Below are positions 1 through 10,054 of a stretch of DNA of 64,000 nt, piece by piece. The DNA lies in NCBI GenBank assembly GCA_036339585.1, contig JAYZAS010000004.1:121767-185766 (forward strand). The letters run 5' to 3'. How positions within the stretch are numbered: position 1 is the stretch's first letter; the number at the start of each line of letters is the position of its first letter. This DNA comes from Pseudomonadota bacterium. Lineage in GTDB: Bacteria; Pseudomonadota; Alphaproteobacteria; UBA8366. Under the pieces are notes generated by a model. The model was not told the origin of the DNA and searched no databases. It saw only the letters and a program-made list of their open reading frames with translations. A program made the position numbers and the translations under genes.

Positions 1-496
1 CAGCACCTCCTGATATATGGACATTCTTTCCAATCTGGGCGCAGGAGCCAACAGTGGCCCATGTGTCAACCATTGTGCCCGAGTCAACGTACGCACCAAG
101 ATTCACGAATGATGGCATTAGCACTACACCAGGAGCGATATATGCGGAACGCCTTATTACGGCCGACGGCACCGATCGAAACGCAGCCTTCTCAAATTCC
201 TTTTCAGTCCAATTTTTCGTTTTTGCGGGTACCTTATCCCACCACATTGAGCCATCAGGCCCCCCCGTTTGGGAACGCATATCCTCTATACGAAACGACA
301 AAAGTACAGCTTTCTTGAGCCATTTATTAACTCGCCAACGACCAGATTTTTTTTCAGCGACCCTTACCTGTCCCGTGTCCATCAAATCAAGTGCTCTTTC
401 TATAGCAACACGAAATTCACCCGTTGTCTCGGAATTAATTGAATCACGGTTTTCCCAAGCCTCATCAATCGCTTTTTCTAAACCTATATCACTCAT
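1..496 (-). CDS. dapD: 2,3,4,5-tetrahydropyridine-2,6-dicarboxylate N-succinyltransferase (N-terminal part; 3' end runs off the window)
   Basis: Not in the ORF track because it is open at the window edge. My reverse-strand translation from the ATG at 496 gives [69 protein letters not shown]...[38 protein letters not shown]. This is a typical DapD N-domain followed by hexapeptide repeats. Confidence 0.85.
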   Translation of the reverse strand, partial: MSDIGLEKAIDEAWENRDSINSETTGEFRVAIERALDLMDTGQVRVAEKKSGRWRVNKWLKKAVLLSFRIEDMRSQTGGPDGSMWWDKVPAKTKNWTEKEFEKAAFRSVPSAVIRRSAYIAPGVVLMPSFVNLGAYVDSGTMVDTWATVGSCAQIGKNVHISGGA

Positions 497-582
497 GATT
501 TTCCCTGTGTTTTGAATGATGTTATTTGGCTCATGCCGATTGCATTTTCGCAACGAAATTTATTAAGTCAAGATTTGCTGCC

Positions 583-1251
583 CTAGAGTGAGTCTGACAA
601 CTTGCCAAGCCACCTGGTTAAATCATTTACTCGATGGTCGATATATTTACCCTCTTTATCTTCACCTGACCATTCATACGAGTTCGTAATAAGTACAGTT
701 TCCATTCCTAAACTCTTTGCCGGCTCTAAATTACAAGCCACATCCTCTACCATGACCGATTTATGAGGATTAATGGCACAGCTTTCTATCAACCTACGAT
801 ACCCAGTAATGCTTGGTTTAGGGATGAAATCTGCAGCAAAAATATCAAACACACAATCAAAGTGGTGCTCAATGCCTAACCGTTTCATCACGCGCCCTGC
901 ATGCTCTGATGTCCCATTAGTAAAAACCAATTTTTGGCCGGGCAACCGTGACAACGAATGTTCCAAAGATGGATTCGGAGATACCACATTAACATCAATA
1001 TCGTGAACATATTCGAGAAATGCCTCGGGCTTCATTCTATGATTCTGCATAAGCCCATTGAGTGTAGTGCCGTATTCGCGAAAATAACGCTTTTGCAGCT
1101 TCCGGGCATCCTCCTCATTCAAATCGAGATAGTCAGCAATGAAGCTTCGCATCCGGATATCAACCTGATGGAATAATTTGCAATCTGCGGGGTACAGAGT
1201 GTTATCGAGATCAAAAATCCAGTGTTCTGATTTTGCAATATTTAATGACAC
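583..1251 (-). CDS. HAD-superfamily hydrolase, pyrimidine 5'-nucleotidase-like
   Basis: 222 aa. HAD motif I is 'WIFDLDNTLY'. Later HAD motifs are 'LVFTNGT' and 'KPS...MVEDV'. Overall it resembles the SDT1/pyrimidine 5'-nucleotidase subgroup. Confidence 0.7.
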   Translation of the reverse strand: MSLNIAKSEHWIFDLDNTLYPADCKLFHQVDIRMRSFIADYLDLNEEDARKLQKRYFREYGTTLNGLMQNHRMKPEAFLEYVHDIDVNVVSPNPSLEHSLSRLPGQKLVFTNGTSEHAGRVMKRLGIEHHFDCVFDIFAADFIPKPSITGYRRLIESCAINPHKSVMVEDVACNLEPAKSLGMETVLITNSYEWSGEDKEGKYIDHRVNDLTRWLGKLSDSL

Positions 1252-1481
1252 GTTGCATACCCATTAAGAAAATTAGCCACTTTTAATTTCATGTTGAGCT
1301 TGTTATAGCAAAAAAAATCTGTCCGTTTGGAATTTCAGTGCTGCTTCATTTTAACATGGACCGGCCCAATCCCATCAATATCAGAATAATAGGTGTTATA
1401 CTTGTTACAAATTTTAAGTTAGTCGAATCGTGGTTCGCAATTACGGTAATTTAAAAGAATGGCAGATTGCTCATCTAAATA

Positions 1482-2402
1482 TCAATGCGATCGAATCAAG
1501 GTTCCCGAGCCATGTTCAGTAAAAATTTCTAAAAGCATACCGTGTGGCACTCTACCATCTATTATCACCGCACCTTCAGCCCCACCCTCAACGGCACAGA
1601 TACAAGTCTCTAGTTTTGGGATCATACCGCCTGAGATAGTCCCGTCCTCCATGAGAAGTTTTGCCTCATCCGTGGAGAGTTCTGGTATTAATTTTCCATC
1701 CTTATCAAGCACTCCCTCAACATCTGTCAGAAGAAGAAGACGCTCTGCATCAACGCTAGCAGCAACTGCACCAGCTGCCGTATCTGCGTTTATATTAAAG
1801 GTTTGCCCTGCCATATCACAGCCAAGCGGAGCAATTACTGGAATGATCTCAGTCTCTCGCAGCGCGTCAATAATATATGGATTTATCTCTGTCGGCTCTC
1901 CTACAAAACCAAGATCTATAGCATTTATGGCTCCGGAAGCTACTGACGTACTTGTTGCCTTCTCAACCGTTATCAAACCTCCATCTTTGCCAGAAATACC
2001 AATCGCTTTGCCACCAGCCCTACTGATTTCCGCTGCGATATTTTTATTCAGTTGGCCTGACAATACCATTTCAACAATCTCTACCGTCGCAGCATCAGTT
2101 ACCCGAAGTCCATCAATGAATTTACTTTTAATCGCTAATCGCTCAAGCATTGCACCGATCTGGGGTCCACCTCCATGTACCACGACAGGGTAAATGCCTA
2201 CTTGCTGTAACAAAACGATATCATGGGCAAACCCAGCAGCAAGCTTAGAATCACCCATGGCATGCCCGCCATATTTTATAACGAAGGTTTTGCCGCCATA
2301 ACGGCGCATATATGGAAGCGCCTCGGTAAGTATTCCCGCTTTACCCAACCACTCGGCACGGACCTTTGCTTTATCAATCATATCAAACTTCCAGTTTCTC
2401 AA
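1482..2402 (-). CDS. argB: acetylglutamate kinase
   Basis: 306 aa. Has the '[15 protein letters not shown]' amino-acid-kinase N-terminal motif, '[11 protein letters not shown]' and '[12 protein letters not shown]'. Confidence 0.95.
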   Translation of the reverse strand: MRNWKFDMIDKAKVRAEWLGKAGILTEALPYMRRYGGKTFVIKYGGHAMGDSKLAAGFAHDIVLLQQVGIYPVVVHGGGPQIGAMLERLAIKSKFIDGLRVTDAATVEIVEMVLSGQLNKNIAAEISRAGGKAIGISGKDGGLITVEKATSTSVASGAINAIDLGFVGEPTEINPYIIDALRETEIIPVIAPLGCDMAGQTFNINADTAAGAVAASVDAERLLLLTDVEGVLDKDGKLIPELSTDEAKLLMEDGTISGGMIPKLETCICAVEGGAEGAVIIDGRVPHGMLLEIFTEHGSGTLIRSH

Positions 2403-2415
2403 AATGCGATAGATG

Positions 2416-3120
2416 TTAGCCTACAGGCATACCTTGGCCTAGCTTAGGCACTATTGACAATAGTTCGGCTCGCAATTCTGAGAGCCCTATATCCTTCTGA
2501 GCGCTAGTTAAGAAAGCCGAAGGAAATGCCGCTGGATGCCTCAATAATTCCCGCTCGATCTTGCAACGCGTTTGCTGAGCGATATTCCTCACCTTATCAA
2601 CTTTAGTGAGCACGATTTGATAGGCCACAGCCGCTTGATCAAGCTCTCTCATCAAAGATCGATCGCTATCCTTCAAACCATGGCGGGCATCAACCAAAAC
2701 ACATACACGGCGTAAATTGGCCCGCCCTTTCAGATACAAATGGATCAACTGGGTCCATTTTATTACTGATATCTTAGGTGCACGAGCATATCCATACCCC
2801 GGCAAATCAACAAGCATGAGACGATCACCTAAATTGAAAAAATTTATCTGCTGGGTACGGCCAGGTGTATTCGACGTACGGGCCAATGACTTGCGACCCG
2901 TCAATGAATTAATCAAACTTGATTTTCCCACATTAGAGCGGCCAACAAATGCGAGTTCGGGTAGAGCATGTAATGGTAATTGCCCAAGCTGAGCTGCGCC
3001 AGTGACAAAACCACAGGTTTGCGCAAAAAGCACACGCCCTGCCTCAATTCTATCTCCGTCTACACTCAAGCTATGACAACGCTTTACCAAGACAGCAACA
3101 CCTCTAGTTAATGCTGACAC
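2416..3120 (-). CDS. engB: ribosome-biogenesis GTPase YihA/EngB
   Basis: 234 aa. G1 motif '[14 protein letters not shown]', G3 motif 'DLPGYG', G4 motif 'TKVDK'. It overlaps the yidC stop by 17 nt, the usual yidC-engB arrangement. Confidence 0.9.
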   Translation of the reverse strand: MSALTRGVAVLVKRCHSLSVDGDRIEAGRVLFAQTCGFVTGAAQLGQLPLHALPELAFVGRSNVGKSSLINSLTGRKSLARTSNTPGRTQQINFFNLGDRLMLVDLPGYGYARAPKISVIKWTQLIHLYLKGRANLRRVCVLVDARHGLKDSDRSLMRELDQAAVAYQIVLTKVDKVRNIAQQTRCKIERELLRHPAAFPSAFLTSAQKDIGLSELRAELLSIVPKLGQGMPVG

Positions 3121-4915
3121 CCATCCGTTTCATAATCAACCACTGTTGCGCTATTGAGAGGATATTGTTCCAAGCCCAGTAAATTACTAATCCAGCGGGA
3201 AATGGCGCAAGGATGAAGGTAAATATGATTGGCATGAACATAAAAATCTTTGCCTGAATTGGGTCTGCGGGAGTAGGGTTGAGCTTCTGTTGAAGATACA
3301 TTGTTGCTCCCATTATGATGGGCCAGATTCCAATATTAATGAAAGCAAGAGTTGCAGGCACCTCCCACGGAATGAGCCCGAAAAGAGTAAATATACCCAA
3401 GGGATCTGGTGCCGAAAGGTCATGGATCCAACCAAAGAATGGCGCTTGTCGCATTTCGATAGACACGAATAAAACTTTATAGAGAGCAAAGAACACCGGA
3501 ATTTGTATCAGAATTGGAAAACAACCAGCGGCCGGATTTACTTTTTCAGTCTTGTATAAATTCATTAGTTCAGTATTCATGCGCTGGCGATCCTCTCCAA
3601 ATCTCTCCTTCAATTCTTCCATTTTTGGCTGGAGCGCCTTCATTTTGCTCATCGCGCGATAAGATTTATTAGCGAGTGGAAAGAAGATGATCTTTATGAT
3701 CACTGTCAATATCAATATGGCGACCCCATAGTTACCAAACATTTCGTTAAAGTAACTCAGTGCCGAGAAAAAAGGCTTTGTGAAAAACCAGAACCAACCA
3801 AAATCAATGGCAAGATCAAATTTATCCACTTTGAGTTCCGCCATATATAAATCCAAAAGTTTTTTCTCTTTAGCACCCGCAAAAAAGTTGCTTTTCGCTT
3901 CAATCGTCTCACCCGGATTAACAGTCATGGATGGGCTGAGGTAATCAGCCTGGTACGCTTGCTGTGTGCCTCTTTTGTGGCTCACAAAGCTTGTATTTGC
4001 TGTCTGCTGTTGGTTTGGAATTAAGGCTGTAAGCCAGTATTTATCCGTGATCCCAAGCCAGCCGCCCGTGCTCTCAAAACGCTTAGGCCTCCCGTCGTCG
4101 AACTCGTCATAATCTACCTCCTGCAACACTCCCTTAAGAACGCCAATCATTCCCTCATGCAAAATGTAGAACCCTAAGACTTCAGGTGTGCCGGTTCGTG
4201 AGACCAACCCGTAAGGTGCAAGTGCAATCGTTTGAGTTGTTATGTTCTTCACACGCTGAGTGATTTGAAACATGTAAGAATCATCAAGAGAAATTACACG
4301 CTCAAATAACAATCCTTTACCGTTATCCCAGCTAAGAGTAACGGATTTGCCGGGGCTTAAGACGGAGCGATTTGCCTTCCATACGCTCTTAGCATCTGGA
4401 ACTTTAACTGCATTTCCAAGCCAACCAAATTCTGCATAATATGGCTGCTCAGAGCCTTGTGGCTGTAATAAAATGATTTCTTCACTATTAGGATCAAGCG
4501 ACGACCTATAGCCTTTAAGAACCAAATCATCAATGCGGGCTCCGGTCAAAGCAATTGATCCTGTCAAACGCGTTGAAGAGATTTTTACTCGACCCCCACT
4601 GTCTTGGAGCGCCGAGGCACGGTCTTTGAAAATTGGCTTGAGGCTTTTCGGAGAAGGTTGCCGTACCATATCTTTTGTATCGGCACCCAACTTGGGCCCC
4701 GCGTCAGCAGTTACATTCTGATCAATTGCTTTGCCACGAACATCGGTTGATGTTTGTCCGCCAAGATTTTCGGCCGGCGTTTTTTGCTCTAACTCCTTTT
4801 GGTCCTGACCCATCTCCTCGGGTGGTGGTGGCGGAAAAATAATGTTGAATCCGACAACAATCATTAACGAGACTGTTATCGCCAATAGCATATTCTTTTG
4901 TTGTTCGGGCAACAT
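3104..4915 (-). CDS. yidC: membrane protein insertase YidC
   Basis: 603 aa. N-terminal TM, a large periplasmic domain, and a C-terminal 60-kDa insertase core ('CFPILIQIPVFFALYKVL', 'PIIFTFILAPFPAGLVIYW'). Sits in the rpmH-rnpA-yidD-yidC context. Confidence 0.95.
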   Translation of the reverse strand: MLPEQQKNMLLAITVSLMIVVGFNIIFPPPPPEEMGQDQKELEQKTPAENLGGQTSTDVRGKAIDQNVTADAGPKLGADTKDMVRQPSPKSLKPIFKDRASALQDSGGRVKISSTRLTGSIALTGARIDDLVLKGYRSSLDPNSEEIILLQPQGSEQPYYAEFGWLGNAVKVPDAKSVWKANRSVLSPGKSVTLSWDNGKGLLFERVISLDDSYMFQITQRVKNITTQTIALAPYGLVSRTGTPEVLGFYILHEGMIGVLKGVLQEVDYDEFDDGRPKRFESTGGWLGITDKYWLTALIPNQQQTANTSFVSHKRGTQQAYQADYLSPSMTVNPGETIEAKSNFFAGAKEKKLLDLYMAELKVDKFDLAIDFGWFWFFTKPFFSALSYFNEMFGNYGVAILILTVIIKIIFFPLANKSYRAMSKMKALQPKMEELKERFGEDRQRMNTELMNLYKTEKVNPAAGCFPILIQIPVFFALYKVLFVSIEMRQAPFFGWIHDLSAPDPLGIFTLFGLIPWEVPATLAFINIGIWPIIMGATMYLQQKLNPTPADPIQAKIFMFMPIIFTFILAPFPAGLVIYWAWNNILSIAQQWLIMKRMGVSIN

Positions 4916-4938
4916 AAAAAAATCCAGTTCTGTACAAG

Positions 4939-5196
4939 TTAACCAGGTGGTAACTGGGAGTGGTTATCATCCGCGTCAGGTGGTACTGGGTCGTAACCCG
5001 AGGACCCCCAAGGGTTACATCGCAAAATGCGCGCGATTCCGAGCAAAACCCCGTTCCATGGACCGTGGATTTTAATCGCTTCAGCAACGTAAGTTGAACA
5101 ATTCGGGGAGAATCGACAGTTATTCCCTGTAAAAGCGGCAACAGTAAGCTGATAGCAGCGAATGCAGAATACAAGACATTTTCCAACAAAGTGCAT
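4939..5196 (-). CDS. yidD: membrane protein insertion efficiency factor YidD
   Basis: 85 aa with 'CRFSPNCSTYVAEAIKIHG...RILRCNPW'. Directly abuts rnpA. Confidence 0.9.
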   Translation of the reverse strand: MHFVGKCLVFCIRCYQLTVAAFTGNNCRFSPNCSTYVAEAIKIHGPWNGVLLGIARILRCNPWGSSGYDPVPPDADDNHSQLPPG

Positions 5197-5586
5197 TCAT
5201 TTTCCCCTAGCTTCAAATTGAGACGCCATCACACCAGCTTTGCGCCATACATTCAATTTCTTCATCGCAGTCTTCAGATCCGCTTGTATTGCATGAAACG
5301 GCTGTTTAGTTGTCGCCAACCTTGCTATAATTACGTAATCGCAACCCAATACGCCATGTGAAGGCATAACCTCCTCCACCGCTGCACGCAAGCGTCGCTT
5401 AGCCCTATTGCGAACTACAGCGTTGCCAACCCTCCTGCTAGCAGTATAGCCGACACGTATAGTCTTACCAGCCTCGCTATTAAGGCACACCTGTAATAAC
5501 AGGCTCGGGGCAACAAAGTAGCGTCGAGCGGCAGCCACGTGGAGAAACTGTGCGCGCTGTTTCAGCGGCAATATGCCAGTCGGCAT
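5197..5586 (-). CDS. rnpA: ribonuclease P protein component
   Basis: 129 aa, basic, with the 'VRNRAKRRLR' RNR motif. Located immediately downstream of rpmH. Confidence 0.9.
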   Translation of the reverse strand: MPTGILPLKQRAQFLHVAAARRYFVAPSLLLQVCLNSEAGKTIRVGYTASRRVGNAVVRNRAKRRLRAAVEEVMPSHGVLGCDYVIIARLATTKQPFHAIQADLKTAMKKLNVWRKAGVMASQFEARGK

Positions 5587-5588
5587 GC

Positions 5589-5723
5589 CTATGCAGACAA
5601 AATCTTGCGGCCCTTGGCGCGCCGCCGGGCAAGAACTTGACGGCCGGACTTCGTTGCCATTCGAGCGCGAAAACCATGGCGACGTTTACGGACTAATCTA
5701 CTCGGTTGAAATGTACGTTTCAC
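5589..5723 (-). CDS. rpmH: 50S ribosomal protein L34
   Basis: Below the ORF-track cutoff. My translation from the GTG at 5723 gives (M)[43 protein letters not shown], then a TAG stop at 5589-5591. That is 44 aa and a textbook L34 sequence. Confidence 0.92.
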   Translation of the reverse strand: MKRTFQPSRLVRKRRHGFRARMATKSGRQVLARRRAKGRKILSA

Positions 5724-5888
5724 AAAGGACTCCAAACGCTATTAAATATCGTGCGCTCTATAGGATTTATCGCCAACTAAGTCAACGATCCCTGCAAAAC
5801 AAGTGATCAAGAAGAATGCAACTAAATGGCAATCCAAACAAAATTTTTGTAGCACATTATCCTCCGCCAACTACTGTTAAAGAATATC

Positions 5889-6671
5889 ATGATTACAAAA
5901 CCAACAAAAATTGACCCTGACGCGGAATGTAGACTCTGGGAGAGCTTCCGACCACTCTGTATCGGAATAGGTGTGTCGCTAATACTTGGGTTAGGGTTTG
6001 TTATATTCTCTATCTCAGGTCTTGGCGAATTCGCCACGTTGGAGACTATAAAAGCCCATAGACACTGGATTTTGGGACAGGCCAAACAATACCCTTCCAT
6101 GATAACAGCGATTTTTATGCTTACCTATATAATGAGCGTAGCCCTCTCATTGCCAATAGGTACATTGCTTACGATTTTGGGGGGATATATATTCGGCCAA
6201 GCGCTCGGAACAATATATGTCGTAACCTCGGCGACCACTGGTGCTTACATCGTTTTTTCATTAGCTAAAACTGCACTAGGCATGTCACTTCGTGAACGTG
6301 CCGAACGTAATATCAAAATAATGGAGCCAGGTTTTCAAAAAAATGCTCTTTACTACATGCTTTTCCTACGACTGATACCAATATTTCCCTTTTTCATAGT
6401 AAATATTGTGCCGGCCTTCTTGGGTGTTGGTCTAAGACCGTATTTATTGGGTACTTTTTTTGGCATCATACCAAGCACTTTCATCTTCGCAACAGCCGGT
6501 GCAAGCCTAGGATCAATATTAAGCAGCGGCAATACCTTCACAGTCGATTATATACTCACGCCTGATTCGATTGTATTACTTTGCAGTATTGCCACCTTCA
6601 CTCTGCTTCCAGTTTTGTACAAGCGACTAAGACGCCGGGCAACTCGGCATATAAATGCGGGCAATAATTAG
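5889..6671 (+). CDS. TVP38/TMEM64 (DedA-related) family membrane protein
   Basis: 260 aa, multi-TM, with 'LRLIPIFPFFIVNIVPAFLGV' typical of the family. Confidence 0.7.
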   Translation: MITKPTKIDPDAECRLWESFRPLCIGIGVSLILGLGFVIFSISGLGEFATLETIKAHRHWILGQAKQYPSMITAIFMLTYIMSVALSLPIGTLLTILGGYIFGQALGTIYVVTSATTGAYIVFSLAKTALGMSLRERAERNIKIMEPGFQKNALYYMLFLRLIPIFPFFIVNIVPAFLGVGLRPYLLGTFFGIIPSTFIFATAGASLGSILSSGNTFTVDYILTPDSIVLLCSIATFTLLPVLYKRLRRRATRHINAGNN

Positions 6672-6945
6672 CCAACTTTTAGGTGCTATCTTACATTCAA
6701 ATATTACTTAAACAACGCCCTAAATTAGTTTTGATCTATTGGAAGACGGAAGAAAGAAGACTTTACTAAAATTACAATAGCCGCTTTTTGTAATTTGGCG
6801 AATTCAGATCTAACACGCTTTCCACAAAGACTTTATCGGTTCCTATATGGAAAATTGCACTGTGACGTGAGAGAATCCAAGTTCTCTCTTGCTGCAATGC
6901 ACCACATGTGACATGTAACTCACGTCGACGTGATCGTACCGCAGG

Positions 6946-7797
6946 ATGGTGGATGGGACCACAACCATGAATAAAACTGAACGACGTCTAACAGCACCAG
7001 ACATCCAGGCCAGGAAAGGCGGGGAGCCAATTGTGTGCTTAACGGCATACACTGCACCAACTGCCGAAATTCTTGATCGATATGTGGATCTCCTATTGGT
7101 GGGAGACTCAGTGGCAATGGTTCTTTATGGAATGGAGACAACACTAGGTATCTCACTCGACACAATGATTGGTCACGGCAAAGCAGTAGTAAGGGCTTCT
7201 AGTACTGCCCTTGTTGCTGTTGATATGCCGTTTGGAAGCTACCAAGGAAGTAAAGAAGAAGCATTTCGGAATGCGGCTCGAATAATGTCTGAAACTGGCT
7301 GCCAAGCTATAAAACTAGAAGGTGGCGTAGAGATGGAGGACACGGTGCATTTTCTAAGTGAACGTGGGGTGCCGGTTTTCGGGCACGTAGGCCTGCGACC
7401 ACAAAGTCTGCATACCGCCGGCGGGTTCCGTAGCCATGGAAAAGACCACAGAGAAGCAGACCAGATCTTGCGAGATGCGGAAGCTATAGCCCAAGCAGGG
7501 GCATTCGCAATCGTGATTGAGGGAACAGTTGAGCCGGTAGCCGCTCGTGTTACTGAAAACACGCCAGTTCCAATAATTGGTATCGGCGCCTCACCACGCT
7601 GTGACGGTCAAGTGTTAGTAACCGAAGATCTAGTTGGTATGTTTAATACGTTCCGCCCGAAGTTTGTGAAGAGGTACGCAGAGCTCAACAATGAAATGGC
7701 GAAAGCGGTTGAAAAGTTTTCTCACGATGTCCGTCAACGAAAGTTTCCAGATGCAGAACATTGTTTTGGAGCAGAGCCACGCAAAGTCTCGGGCTAG
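6946..7797 (+). CDS. panB: 3-methyl-2-oxobutanoate hydroxymethyltransferase
   Basis: 283 aa with 'CLTAYTAP...[17 protein letters not shown]', 'AIKLEGG' and 'GHVGLRPQS'. An alternative start at ATG 6967 (MNKTERRL) is equally plausible. Confidence 0.9.
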   Translation: MVDGTTTMNKTERRLTAPDIQARKGGEPIVCLTAYTAPTAEILDRYVDLLLVGDSVAMVLYGMETTLGISLDTMIGHGKAVVRASSTALVAVDMPFGSYQGSKEEAFRNAARIMSETGCQAIKLEGGVEMEDTVHFLSERGVPVFGHVGLRPQSLHTAGGFRSHGKDHREADQILRDAEAIAQAGAFAIVIEGTVEPVAARVTENTPVPIIGIGASPRCDGQVLVTEDLVGMFNTFRPKFVKRYAELNNEMAKAVEKFSHDVRQRKFPDAEHCFGAEPRKVSG

Positions 7798-7807
7798 CTT
7801 TTAGAGT

Positions 7808-8668
7808 ATGCCTGAAATCATTCGTACTGTTACTGAAATTCGTGCACTGGCTAATACTTGGCGAGTACAGTGCCTGAGAGTGGGACTGGTGGCAACGATG
7901 GGTGCGTTGCACAGGGGTCATCTTTCTCTCATTGAGCATGCAAAGGCTGAATGCGACAAAGTTATTGTAAGTATTTTTGTAAACCCCAAGCAATTTTCTG
8001 CACATGAGGATCTAGAGAGATATCCGCGCAACGAAGAGCAGGATCTTGAGGCGCTTGAAGCTTTTGATGTGTCTATCGCTTATGCCCCTCCCGTTCAAGA
8101 GATCTACGGCCAGAACTTTGCAACTCGGATTGAAGTTGGCCACCTCACCGAATGTATGTGTGGAATAGCGAGACCCGATTTTTTTAGTGGAGTAGCGACA
8201 GTAGTCGCTAAGCTTCTGAATCAGTGTGCGCCAGACCGAGCCTATTTCGGCGAAAAAGACTACCAACAATTACTTGTAATACGACAGCTTGTTAAAGATC
8301 TAAATATCCCAAGTGAGATTATCGGGTGCCCAACAATACGCGACGAAAATGGCCTCGCGCTGTCATCCCGCAATACTTATCTCAATCATCAACAGCGGCA
8401 GGTTGCCGCTACACTCTTTAAAACATTAGAAGAGGCTGCGAGTAATATAGCAAAGGGCGCGCGCTGCAGAGAAGTTGAAGAGTGGGCAGCAGATACTTTA
8501 AAAATTGCGGGCTTTAACAATATTGAATATGTAGATGTTAGGGACGGGATAACCTTGGAGAAAACAGAGGACACTATCGGATCCAAAAGATTTGCCAGAA
8601 TCTTTGCTGCGGCAAACCTGAATTCTACGAGGTTAATCGACAATGTACCCATTGAGTTCAACACTTAA
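7808..8668 (+). CDS. panC: pantoate--beta-alanine ligase
   Basis: 286 aa with 'ATMGALHRGHLSL' (HxGH motif), 'SIFVNPKQF' and 'YFGEKDYQQL'. Confidence 0.92.
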   Translation: MPEIIRTVTEIRALANTWRVQCLRVGLVATMGALHRGHLSLIEHAKAECDKVIVSIFVNPKQFSAHEDLERYPRNEEQDLEALEAFDVSIAYAPPVQEIYGQNFATRIEVGHLTECMCGIARPDFFSGVATVVAKLLNQCAPDRAYFGEKDYQQLLVIRQLVKDLNIPSEIIGCPTIRDENGLALSSRNTYLNHQQRQVAATLFKTLEEAASNIAKGARCREVEEWAADTLKIAGFNNIEYVDVRDGITLEKTEDTIGSKRFARIFAAANLNSTRLIDNVPIEFNT

Positions 8669-8863
8669 TTTGTACAAATGTGTGAGAGGACGAGTTCGTA
8701 GAGCCATGAAGCGGGTTAGAAACAACAGTGTTTTTCTTCTAATTCATTCTTATTCCGCTGCCTAACAGGCATGCACAAATGCTAAGCCTTGATATTAAGT
8801 ATTTTATTGGGAAGCACTTAAAGACATGTCTCGTAGTTTATGTACAGTTCTTTTTTAGGGTGT

Positions 8864-10054
8864 CTACCGCACGTAAACACGCACCTCATTTGTCCGGGCC
8901 GTAGTACTGTTAGCTGCAGTTAAATTCACCCGCGACGCTGGCAAACCCATATCAGTCAACGTTCGGAGAACTCCTTCAGCATTTCGCTTGGCCGCCGTGG
9001 TATTTAATATACGCGCGGATGGGGTGCCGGCGTTTGGACTAACTGCCACCAGATCAAAAGCAGCCTCTGGTTTCCGCTCTACGGCACGACTGATCGCGTT
9101 ATATAATGCCTGCTGATAAGCGACGTTTGGACGATCAAAACGTATAACCACGAGAGGCCGGCTATTTGCTCGGCGCTTACCAGAGCGCACAGCTGCTCGT
9201 GTCTTAATCTCGGTTTGCGCAAAGGCGCGATTGACTAAGCTGGCACCGTAGCGTTCTCCATTCTTTATGGCTATGGACATGGTAGTCAAATTACGCCGCT
9301 CATTTCCCAAATACCCTGTTTGCCTATTTATGTCATTTGACAACTCATTTAAAAGCCGATCAATAAACACTACCGTACGATTTACTTCATCTTCAAGACG
9401 CCGCAACTGAACGTGGTCTTCATCAACGGCTCCGCTCAGGGTGTATGTAGCACGTACGCTGTCGAGGAGATATCCAGCCACAGTGGCTTCAGAGCCCGAG
9501 TCATTTGAGAGCCCGTTCATTTTAGATATGTTACCTTCTATCTTCTCCAACTGATTCTGCGCTTCATTCCATTGTTTCACTAGCACTGGATTGCCCGGCG
9601 TAGTTCCAGCCTGCAGTTTTGCACTCATTGCTGCGACAATTCCATGGTAGCGTTGGGTGGCTGCCTCATTTTCACCACGGAGCTTCGACATGCGACTGTT
9701 TAATCTGTTTATTGCGCCTTTCAACTTCGAAAGGTCTCCGCGCATCGAAAAAATTTTCTTGCCCACAAAAGTGCCTGTTTCCTTGCCTCCCAAAGCCGTT
9801 TGGCTTTCTGAAACGGCCCGATCCACAGTTTTGCTGGATTTTCCAGATGGGTTAATTGACTGAGGGGGCTGGTAGGTTCGTCCGACCGATCCAACTGGAG
9901 CCGGGGCACTTGGTGCAGCAATATTAATTTTAGTCGAGTTTGAGGCTGCCCGAGGCGCTTCACTCGACAAGGACGGCCACATGGAATTTGACTCACAGCC
10001 AGCAAGGAGGGAGCCGCCTAAAAACAAAACGAGCAATTTTCGCGAAAATGTCAT
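8864..10054 (-). CDS. lipoprotein with a coiled-coil-like middle region and a divergent OmpA-C-like C-terminus
   Basis: 396 aa. Signal peptide plus lipobox 'LLAGC'. The middle region is rich in heptad-like charged segments. The C-terminus ('VVIRFDRPNVAYQQALYNAISRAV...AEGVLRTLTDMGLPASRVNL...NEVRVYVR') follows the OmpA_C pattern only loosely. Confidence 0.55.
   Translation of the reverse strand: MTFSRKLLVLFLGGSLLAGCESNSMWPSLSSEAPRAASNSTKINIAAPSAPAPVGSVGRTYQPPQSINPSGKSSKTVDRAVSESQTALGGKETGTFVGKKIFSMRGDLSKLKGAINRLNSRMSKLRGENEAATQRYHGIVAAMSAKLQAGTTPGNPVLVKQWNEAQNQLEKIEGNISKMNGLSNDSGSEATVAGYLLDSVRATYTLSGAVDEDHVQLRRLEDEVNRTVVFIDRLLNELSNDINRQTGYLGNERRNLTTMSIAIKNGERYGASLVNRAFAQTEIKTRAAVRSGKRRANSRPLVVIRFDRPNVAYQQALYNAISRAVERKPEAAFDLVAVSPNAGTPSARILNTTAAKRNAEGVLRTLTDMGLPASRVNLTAANSTTARTNEVRVYVR

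Noticed and set aside
54-515. 153-aa and 85-aa plus-strand ORFs at the left edge
   Set aside because: They lie antisense to a clean DapD reading frame (my translation). They are Ser/Pro/Thr-rich with no motifs, which is the pattern of shadow ORFs.
1459-2193. 244-aa plus-strand ORF
   Set aside because: It is entirely antisense to argB. Its composition is low-complexity and S/P/A/I-rich, typical of a frame shadowing a real gene.
4722-5216. 164-aa minus-strand ORF spanning the yidC start and yidD
   Set aside because: It is an alternative frame over two well-supported genes (yidC N-terminus and yidD), and its sequence has no family features.
5724-5888. Possible replication origin or DnaA boxes upstream of rpmH
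   Set aside because: The rpmH-rnpA-yidC cluster flanks oriC in many bacteria. Here there is no dnaA gene, only one 7/9 match to TTATCCACA, and alphaproteobacterial origins are usually elsewhere.
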